Shown here: positions 56,872 through 64,000 of the stretch, in pieces
Position numbering within the stretch: position 1 is the stretch's first letter
Layout of the letters: the number at the start of each line of letters is the position of its first letter
Assembly: GCA_965222375.1 (NCBI GenBank)
Contig: CBDCTZ010000011.1
Coordinates: 64,001-128,000, forward strand
Source of the DNA: Polyangiaceae bacterium
GTDB lineage: Bacteria; Myxococcota_A; Polyangia; Polyangiales; Polyangiaceae
Reading direction: 5' to 3'
Length of the DNA: 64,000 bases
Position numbers and translations under genes: made by a program
Notes under the pieces: generated by a model
What the model was told of the DNA's origin: nothing
The model's database searches: none
What the model saw: only the letters and a program-made list of their open reading frames with translations

Positions 56872-57925
56872 CTAGCGTCGATCGAAGATCGGGCTGAAGC
56901 CCGGGTTGAGCCCGGTGTTCGGACGGGTCTGTTTCCTGAGTGAGGCGGGAAGTGGTCTGCGACGCGAGGCGCGTTGGGAATTTGGTGGTCGGGTGCGTGA
57001 GCCAGTGAACGTCAAACTGGGCCTGCGGCTATGAAAACCCTTCATCTGGTACGACAGCCACCGACCGCCGATCTCCACGTCCAATACGCGACCCCGGGTC
57101 TTCAGATCGAAGTGATTCGCGGGCATCGCCTTCTTTTCGACAATACGCCCATCGGCTTGTCGCACCACTCGAAGGAAAGCTCGCTCCCCTGTGAACCCAT
57201 AGCCTACGACAATGTGCTTGCCAACTACACGAATGACGCCGTTGCTCGTCAACGATGGCGTGCGCCACAGCACCGTTCTTGTGAAGGGATCCACCGCGAC
57301 CAGGGATGAGCATCGCCCCCCGGCCTGGCGCGAATAGCTTTGGCAAGCTTCGTTGAAGTACAGCTTGCCGGCGGCATAGCGGATGTCCTGCACTTCTAGA
57401 TGGTGAGAGCGTGAGAGCAGGGGATTGAGAGGCAACGCAGCCTGGAGACTTCCGGTGCAGGAAAACAAGCGAGCCTCGAAACGGCCATTGGCGCTGCCGC
57501 TCGCGGGTGCACTGCGGTAGAGCGCCAAGTAGCCGCCAGGCACCGGATCGAGGACCTCGAGCTCCATGTTCCTGATCGTGAGGGGAACGAACAGAGGCAC
57601 TTCGGGCCCTTCCCAAAGCCTCGCCCCAATTGAGCGATGGAGCCGGCTCTGGTGCGTTCGAAGACGTAGCCAGCGTTCCACTCTAGGGCGCGGCGGCGAT
57701 TCAACGACGAGCGTGCCCGACTTGCGAAGGGTTGGCAGGCCGGTTGGTTTGGCGCATTTGGTGGCTGCCCCAACCCTGGTCGTGGTTGGGATTCGTTTGA
57801 CAGCAGGCAAACGTCTGGCGGAAGGCAACTCTAACTTCGGCTTTGCCCGAGCACTCCCGGACCCCACTGCTCAAGACCATTAGTGCCGCTGCGCCTACAA
57901 CCCACGCTCCAGGAAGAATCTTCAT
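56872..57925 (-). CDS. secreted beta-propeller-like protein, frameshifted near 57862-57865
   Basis: Signal peptide MKILPGAWVVGAAALMVLSS (ATG 57925) is one base out of frame with ORF 56872..57867; SLVAVDP...LWRT motif. Confidence 0.65.
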
Positions 57926-58126
57926 GTTGCTGTGGTGTCGCAACTTCCGTTCCGTGCCAGCTTCGCCGCTGGTCTCGGCGAGTTTGTTTGCGTGTGAAGC
58001 CGTGTTCATGGGGCTTTGCTGTGGCAAAGGATTCACGCAGACCCACGGCGGAAGGTTTTCCGTGGACGTTCCGTACAACGCTTGCATCCTCCCTGTTGCA
58101 GCGTGCACCCCGGAAGTGGCAGTGGG

Positions 58127-59170
58127 TCAACGCGGAGGTTGAAAGGCGCCGCATGGAAGCACCGTGCCAGCGACGACCATGCCGAAGGGGCCGTGCAACT
58201 CTGAGGGCTCCCGGGAAGCGACGACGGTACCTGTCTTGTTGAACACATATAGATCCGCCGGAGCAACGCCTGCGCCATCTTCGAAGTCGCCGGTGTAGAT
58301 CAATCCTGCTTGATCCACCGTGAGTGGGACAGGCCAGAGCAGTCCGGGATTGGAGATGGTGTTCAGCACTGAGCTTGGGGAACTCGGCGTGACCCGCGCA
58401 ATCCCCACGCCCGCGGCGAGGGCGACGAGCAGGTTGCCGTCGGCTGCGAATTGCAGGCCCTCGGCGTTCCCAGGAACGTCGAAGGAGTCGAGCACGCTCA
58501 AGTTGTTCTTGTCGACCTTGTAGACGGTACTCTTGCTAGCGGAGGTTTGACTCGCCACATATAGGTTTCCGCTCGGCTCGCAGGTGATGCCCGTGAGTTG
58601 TCCTGTGGGCAGGCTGAAGGTCGTCAAGTACTTGTAGGTGGCATCGTACTTGTGGATCTCGTCCGTGCCGCCCGTCGATGTCGTCGTGTAGAGGTTGCCT
58701 TCGATGTCGAAGATCACGTTCTCAGTTCGCTGCGCTTTGGTCTTCGGGTGACACACAGACACGGTGCCGGGCTTCGAGAACACACAGAATTGATCGAATG
58801 CGGCAACGACCAAATGACCGTTGTTGTCGAAGACCATGCCCGACGGCCCCTCGGTCACGGAAAAGCTTGGATGCGTCCAGCTCGACACCGACTTCAGGGA
58901 AGCGTCGTACTCGAACACCATCTTGTCGTTCCACCCGGCGACGAACACATGTCCCACGGGGAACGGCGGCGGTCCGCTGTCCAGAGTCACACTTCCGCCG
59001 GTGCCGCCGCTGCCCCCACTGCCTGACGCACCACCTGCTGCGCTGTCGACGGCGGCATCGGTCGCTCCTCCTCCGCTGCCCCCGCTGCCGCCGTTCCCAG
59101 CAACGCCGCTCGAGTCGTCGGCGCTGCAGGCGGTCAAGAGCAATAGAGCCAAGCACAACGTCGACTTCAT
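58127..59170 (-). CDS. NHL/SGL-type beta-propeller lipoprotein
   Basis: MKSTLCLALLLLTAC; repeats PSGMVFDNNGHL, FDIEGNLY, EPSGNLYVA, GLQFAADGNL. Confidence 0.82.
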   Translation of the reverse strand: MKSTLCLALLLLTACSADDSSGVAGNGGSGGSGGGATDAAVDSAAGGASGSGGSGGTGGSVTLDSGPPPFPVGHVFVAGWNDKMVFEYDASLKSVSSWTHPSFSVTEGPSGMVFDNNGHLVVAAFDQFCVFSKPGTVSVCHPKTKAQRTENVIFDIEGNLYTTTSTGGTDEIHKYDATYKYLTTFSLPTGQLTGITCEPSGNLYVASQTSASKSTVYKVDKNNLSVLDSFDVPGNAEGLQFAADGNLLVALAAGVGIARVTPSSPSSVLNTISNPGLLWPVPLTVDQAGLIYTGDFEDGAGVAPADLYVFNKTGTVVASREPSELHGPFGMVVAGTVLPCGAFQPPR

Positions 59171-59223
59171 GAGTCGAGAGTACGACCGATGAGCTGGTCG
59201 AGCCGCCCTTTTGTTTGGGGTCG

Positions 59224-61200
59224 GTGCGCCAGGCAAAGCCTGGATGAGGAGGAGGTCGACTAGAGGAAAGTAGAAAGAAACCTCATGATGGGACCTCGCG
59301 GGTGCAAATCCCGTCCGGCCAAGGTGGACCACCAGCCGGAAGCGAGTCTTGCGTGGCCGTACGACCGCAGAAGCGGGAAGGAAAGCTGCGAAGCGTAGAC
59401 AGCAAGCGCGCGGGCCGCGTGATTGAGCCTCGTAAGAAACGAGTCGTGGATGCCGACGCTGTCGACCCGATGCGGAAGGCAACATCGCTTGCAGGAAAGA
59501 GTAGGGCGGCCAGCCCGAATGGTCCGACTGAATGCGAGCGGATCCACCGGGGTCTTTAGAGCGGGGCACGTGTGCACAGGTCCCCCAGGAACCTGGGAAA
59601 TCTCGTCGTCTCCTATCGAGAGAGAGGTACTGCCGAACGAAGGCAACGAAGTGACGCAGGATGGGCGGCGAGAAGGCCGAGCGCTCCATAGTAGCCGTTG
59701 AAGCAGGGGAAGTGTCCAAGCGACCCTGTGGAGGGAAGGGAGTGCCGCACTATCGGAACTGTTGGAGAGAAAGATGGCGGAGAAACAGAGCTCCACGAAT
59801 GTCTCAACGAAACTTCAGCGGATAGCAAAGCTGGCGAAGCAAATGCCCGGGGTGGCGATGACGTCGCTGTCTCATCACATCGATGTCGAATGGCTGCGCG
59901 AGGCGTACAGACGCACGCGCAAAGGAGGCGCTCGGGGTGTCGACGGACGGAGCGCGGAGGAGTACGCGGCAAATCTGGAGGACAACCTCCGGTCGCTGCT
60001 CGACCGAGCAAAGTCCGGGAGGTACCGAGCGCCGCCCGTGCGGCGAGTCCAAATTCCAAAGGCAGACGGAAAGCAGATGCGACCCATCGGCATACCGACG
60101 TTTGAGGATAAGGTCTTGCAGCGCGCCATCGCAATGGCCTTGGAAGCGGTATACGAGCAGGATTTCCTCGATTGCTCGTACGGCTTTCGGCCTGGGCGGT
60201 CGGCGCATGATGCGCTGGCCGTTGTGCAACATGAGACGGTGAAGATGGGTGGCGGTTGGGTTTTGGAGGTCGACATTCGAAAGTTTTTCGACAGCTTGGA
60301 CCGCGCCAAACTTCGGGAAGTGCTCCACCAGCGGGTGCGCGACGGAGTCGTGCTCCGATTGATTGGTAAGTGGCTGAAGGCAGGGGTGTTGGAGAACGGG
60401 TCGCTCAGCTACCCAGAAACTGGCACGCCTCAAGGCGGTGTGATCTCACCAATGCTAGCGAACATCTTCTTGCACGAGGTGCTGGACACCTGGTTTGAGC
60501 GCGACGTGAAACCACGGCTGCAGGGTCGTGGGATCCTCGTCCGCTATGCCGATGACGCCGTGATGGTGTTTTCGCGCGAAGAAGATGCGCGCCGCGTCAT
60601 GGCCGTACTACCGAAGCGATTCGAAAAGTACGGTCTGACGTTGCATCCAGACAAGACGAGATTGGTTGAATTTTGCCGGCCAGACCGACGTCCACCCGAC
60701 GAGGGTGATGGCGGACGACCCAGCAGCTTTGACTTGCTCGGCTTCACGCACTTCTGGGCGAAATCCCGGAAGGGCAACTGGGTGGTGAAGCAGAAGACTG
60801 CCAAAGACCGCTTGAGCAGTGCGCTCATGCGCATCAACAAGTGGTGCCGCAGCCGCCGTCACTGCTCGGTCCAAGAGCAATGGCGGGTCCTGTCGCAGAA
60901 GCTACGAGGTCACTATGGGTACTTCGGGATAACCGGAAACTCGGCCGCGATCAGCAGCTTCCGCTATTGGACAACTCGTCTGTGGCGCAAATGGCTCGAC
61001 CGTCGCTCTTGGCGGTCGCGCATGAACTGGTTGAAAATGAAACGCTTGCTGGCGCGCTATCCGCTCCCGCCTGCGCGGATTCGACAACCCGTCCGTGCCC
61101 CATGCGCAGCGAACCCGTAGTGTGAGGAGCCGGATGCGGTAGTCCCGCACGTCCGGATCTGTGGGAGGCCTGGGCGGGTAACCGCCCAGGCCCACCCGAG
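59224..61200 (+). mobile_element. group II intron, copy 2 (diverged relative of copy 1)
   Basis: GTGCG at 59224 after GGGGTCG; same domain I-III scaffold; domain V at about 61127-61159; domain VI hairpin with bulged A61194; ends CCCACCCGAG. Confidence 0.93.
59774..61120 (+). CDS. ltrA: group II intron reverse transcriptase/maturase
   Basis: [21 protein letters not shown], thumb domain; no endonuclease domain. Confidence 0.95.
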   Translation: MAEKQSSTNVSTKLQRIAKLAKQMPGVAMTSLSHHIDVEWLREAYRRTRKGGARGVDGRSAEEYAANLEDNLRSLLDRAKSGRYRAPPVRRVQIPKADGKQMRPIGIPTFEDKVLQRAIAMALEAVYEQDFLDCSYGFRPGRSAHDALAVVQHETVKMGGGWVLEVDIRKFFDSLDRAKLREVLHQRVRDGVVLRLIGKWLKAGVLENGSLSYPETGTPQGGVISPMLANIFLHEVLDTWFERDVKPRLQGRGILVRYADDAVMVFSREEDARRVMAVLPKRFEKYGLTLHPDKTRLVEFCRPDRRPPDEGDGGRPSSFDLLGFTHFWAKSRKGNWVVKQKTAKDRLSSALMRINKWCRSRRHCSVQEQWRVLSQKLRGHYGYFGITGNSAAISSFRYWTTRLWRKWLDRRSWRSRMNWLKMKRLLARYPLPPARIRQPVRAPCAANP

Positions 61201-61302
61201 AGGGACGCGCTTGTGACGCGCTTCGTGATGCCCGAAGGGGCAATACCCGACGGGGTGCTGGGGCGTCGCTGTGGCTATAATCTCGCCCTGGCGCTCGCGA
61301 GG

Positions 61303-62145
61303 TCAGTCGCCTTGGATCTTCTTTTGGAGCGCGGCGAGTCGCGCTTCGGCGGCCTCGCGCGCAGATCGTTCATCAGCGGCGCGGGCCTCAGCGGCCTCGC
61401 GTGCGGCACGCTCATCGTCCGCGTGGGCTTCGGCGGCCTCGCGCGCAGAACGCTCGTCGGCAGCGCGGGCCTCGGCGGCCTCGCGTGCGGCACGCTCATC
61501 GTCCGCGTGGGCTTCGGCGAGCTCGGCGCGACTGAGCCATTCTCCGCTTCCGTCAGCACGTTCGCAGATGCGCAGGGGCTCCGGGAATATCCACGCACTC
61601 AGGGTGCTGGAATGCACCGGGCCGTCTCCGGCGTAAGTGCGCTCGAGATCCTGCTCGCGCAGCAGCCATTGCTGAACCGGGTAGGGACCCCCAAAGCGCT
61701 TCGGGCCGAAGCGTTCGGGATCGAGCACGATCAGCTCTTGGATCCGACAGAAGGCATATCGCTCTTGGATCCGTTCGTAGTCCTTGTTGGGGTGCCAGCG
61801 ACTCACCACCTCGATGGCGATGGACGGCGGTGGACGATTCGGCTCCCACAGCTTCCAACTGGACAACTCGCGATCGCTTTCGGGTTTGGGAGCGATCAGG
61901 CAGATGTCCGGGTCGATGCCGACCCTAGGCCGTTCCTTCGAGAAACGCAGCGCGAGGTTGCGCGCCACCGCCGCATCTCTGCCCGTGCGCTCGACCCAAG
62001 CTTCGAGCAGCTCCACCATTCTGCGCGCCGTGAGATCGTGCACTCGGGCCTCAGGCACTGTGCCCTCGGGCATGATCCAGTCGTCCCAACGGGGTTCGAC
62101 GGGATACCGCAGCGACACGCTGACGGGTGTTTGTGACATCGCCAT
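61303..62145 (-). CDS. Uma2/DUF820 family PD-(D/E)xK nuclease-like protein with coiled-coil repeat tail
   Basis: IDPDI, PSIAIEVVS, KDY, ELIVLDP; tail of four ADER[AS]AREAAEA repeats. Confidence 0.88.
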   Translation of the reverse strand: MAMSQTPVSVSLRYPVEPRWDDWIMPEGTVPEARVHDLTARRMVELLEAWVERTGRDAAVARNLALRFSKERPRVGIDPDICLIAPKPESDRELSSWKLWEPNRPPPSIAIEVVSRWHPNKDYERIQERYAFCRIQELIVLDPERFGPKRFGGPYPVQQWLLREQDLERTYAGDGPVHSSTLSAWIFPEPLRICERADGSGEWLSRAELAEAHADDERAAREAAEARAADERSAREAAEAHADDERAAREAAEARAADERSAREAAEARLAALQKKIQGD

Positions 62146-62320
62146 TCAATTCTACCTCACACCGGCATGAGGCGCTGTGCACGCTATGTGCCGGCGAAGT
62201 TTCCAACGAAAGGCGGGTCGGAGGCATGGCGATGCCGTGGCGAAATGCCGGCCAACTGCCACCTGACTCGGAGGTCAGTGATGCCCTGGGGCCGCAAACA
62301 CTCGAGAGGAGCTACTTGAC

Positions 62321-62365
62321 CCGTCGGCGCGCGCGGTTTCGCTTGGTCCGTCGGCGCGCGCGGTT
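62321..62365. repeat. two 18-bp direct repeats CCGTCGGCGCGCGCGGTT
   Basis: Copies at 62321-62338 and 62348-62365. Confidence 0.8.
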
Positions 62366-62368
62366 CGT

Positions 62369-62524
62369 GGGGCCACGGTGCTGATCTGAGAGTTTGTATA
62401 CAAACTCTCGGAACGAGTTGGTGAGGGGGGCCACGGTGCTGATCTGAGAGTTTGTATACAAACTCTCGGAACGAGTTGGTGAGGGGCCACGGTGCTGATC
62501 TGAGAGTTTGTATACAAACTCTCG
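62369..62524. repeat. three tandem 56-58-bp units, each with the perfect 22-bp palindrome GAGAGTTTGTATACAAACTCTC
   Basis: Palindromes at 62388-62409, 62446-62467 and 62502-62523; linkers identical except for G-run length. Confidence 0.95.
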
Positions 62525-62606
62525 CGGTGGGTTGCTGTAGGGCATCCTTGGCACGCGGCGGCCCGGTACGGGAGTAGCGGCCCGGTTCGCGAAAGGGATG
62601 CGACCC

Positions 62607-64000
62607 CTAAACCCCCAACCAGATCACACTGGCGTCGACAACTCGGATGTCGTCCTTTTCGAGATGCACGTCGATGGCTTCGAGCTCGGCGCCCTTGCGC
62701 TGAAGCGCCTCGTACATGCTGGTGACTTCGCTCGTCAGCTCGTTTTCGAGCTCGGCCACCTCTGCGTGCTTTTCTTGGGCACGCTGCTGAGCCTTGGCGG
62801 CTCGGGCGCTCGAAGCGCTGGCTTTGGAACGGCGGGACGCCATGCGCGACAGGCCCGCGGTGGTCTTGCGTCCGCTGGAAAACAGGCCCACGAAGTCCCC
62901 GACGCCGGACAGGAGTTCGTGACGACCCTGAGTCTCCGCAGACAGTCGGGCATCCTGCGCTTTCTGCTGCAGAGCGCGCACCTGGCTTTGCACCTTCTCG
63001 ATGCGGCTGGCGTACTTGGCGTGGAGCTTCTGGGCTTGTTCGTTGGCTTGGCGTTCGACCTCTGCTTGGCAACGAGCGCTGAAGGCGGCGTGGTCTTCGC
63101 CGACGCGCGAGACCAGTCCAAGGGCGGCGTTTTTGAAGGCCGTGCGGAGTTGTGAGCGGAGCAAGTACTCGATGAGCTGTCGCTTCAGTTTCGTCAGCAG
63201 CGCCTTGTCGCTGAGAGCGGATGACGCCAGGAAGCTTGCGCCCTCCAAGGGCGTGTCGCGAAAGTCCCTGGGGTCGTGATCGACGACGTGCAGGGCGCTG
63301 TCGCTGAAGCTCTCATCCAATGGGTAAACGATCGCTTCGAACACCTCTGTGTGCTTGAGCTTGACCCGACGCTCGTCGAACAGCATCTCGACCTGAACGG
63401 CCACCGCCGGCGCGAAACGACGACTGGTCGGCACGCCGCCGACCTGAGGGAGCCAGTTCGCGGCCGGATCCACGTGGCGAACCGACGCGCTGGCTGCAGC
63501 TGTTGGCGGTGCGGTTGCTGCGTTTGGGCTCGCGGCTGTAGCTGCCGCTGTCGAAGCTTCCCCTTTTGGATTCTCCGTAGCAGCAGCTTGCGTTGTGGTT
63601 GCCGGTTTCGGGCTGCCTGGGGTGGGAGCCGCTTTCGCTTGGGCTTGGGAGCCAGCAGCGGGGGCTGTGAGTTGCTCGGCCGACGCGGGCTTGCTGAGGC
63701 GCCCCACCTCGTCTCGGGTCAGCGGGCCGCGCAGGTAGCTCATCGCCCAGCGCGATGTGAACACGCAGGGCGCGGCGCCCGTGCGGTACAGCAGGTAGCG
63801 ACGCTTTTCGAGTGCGCCCACGAGGCGGGATAGCTCGGCGGGGTCCGCGGCGCCGGAGGCAGAGCGAAGACCTTCGATGATGCGGTCCTTGTCGCGTTCG
63901 GTTTGCAGCCGCCCGATCATCCAAGTGCCGGCGTTGCTCATGGCCTTGTAGTCCAGGTCCACAGGGTTCTGGGTTGCTAGCACCATTCCCACGCCGTGCG
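62607..64000 (-). CDS. HerA/DUF853-like ATPase, 3' part (start outside window)
   Basis: GMVLATQNPVDLDYKAMSNAGTWMIGRLQTERD, Ala/Pro linker, C-terminal coiled coil. Confidence 0.85.
   Translation of the reverse strand, partial: HGVGMVLATQNPVDLDYKAMSNAGTWMIGRLQTERDKDRIIEGLRSASGAADPAELSRLVGALEKRRYLLYRTGAAPCVFTSRWAMSYLRGPLTRDEVGRLSKPASAEQLTAPAAGSQAQAKAAPTPGSPKPATTTQAAATENPKGEASTAAATAASPNAATAPPTAAASASVRHVDPAANWLPQVGGVPTSRRFAPAVAVQVEMLFDERRVKLKHTEVFEAIVYPLDESFSDSALHVVDHDPRDFRDTPLEGASFLASSALSDKALLTKLKRQLIEYLLRSQLRTAFKNAALGLVSRVGEDHAAFSARCQAEVERQANEQAQKLHAKYASRIEKVQSQVRALQQKAQDARLSAETQGRHELLSGVGDFVGLFSSGRKTTAGLSRMASRRSKASASSARAAKAQQRAQEKHAEVAELENELTSEVTSMYEALQRKGAELEAIDVHLEKDDIRVVDASVIWLGV

Noticed and set aside
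59171..59719. 530-aa ORF 58127..59719 as an intron-host fusion protein
   Set aside because: The extension is the antisense of structured intron RNA; the lipoprotein signal begins at ATG 59170.
61226..61252. VMPEGAIPD resembling IMPEGTVPE of the Uma2 gene in inverted orientation
   Set aside because: Only about 23 nt of partial similarity with no extension; compatible with chance.
62369..62524. CRISPR array
   Set aside because: The sequences between palindromes are identical rather than unique spacers, and no cas genes are in the window.

Overview
GC-rich bacterial chromosomal window. The gene content (DUF2378-like protein, TonB-domain-fused TonB-dependent receptor, many Gly/Thr-linker Cys-rich lipoproteins, Uma2 nuclease, an MglA-like protein) points to a myxobacterium (Myxococcota, Polyangiales-like); this is an inference. 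Main landmarks: (1) two diverged, apparently intact group II introns on the + strand (5429-7399 and 59224-61200), each inserted immediately after GGGTCG. Both appear to end in AG rather than AY, supported by a compensating gamma = C and by EBS3/IBS3 covariation between the copies. (2) A complete Na+-NQR operon (nqrABCDEF-apbE-nqrM) flanked by USP and CBS genes. (3) An ECF41-type sigma factor plus carboxymuconolactone-decarboxylase pair with a recognisable ECF promoter. (4) A set of lipoproteins carrying venom/inhibitor-like disulfide folds (Kunitz, tandem knottin-like, pacifastin-like) on flexible linkers. (5) A probable P-loop-less MglA-like pseudo-GTPase ahead of a TPR protein. (6) Two single-G frameshifts, several gene remnants, and palindromic tandem repeats. 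No rRNA, tRNA or CRISPR array was recognised. All family assignments come from motif recognition by eye, not from database searches.
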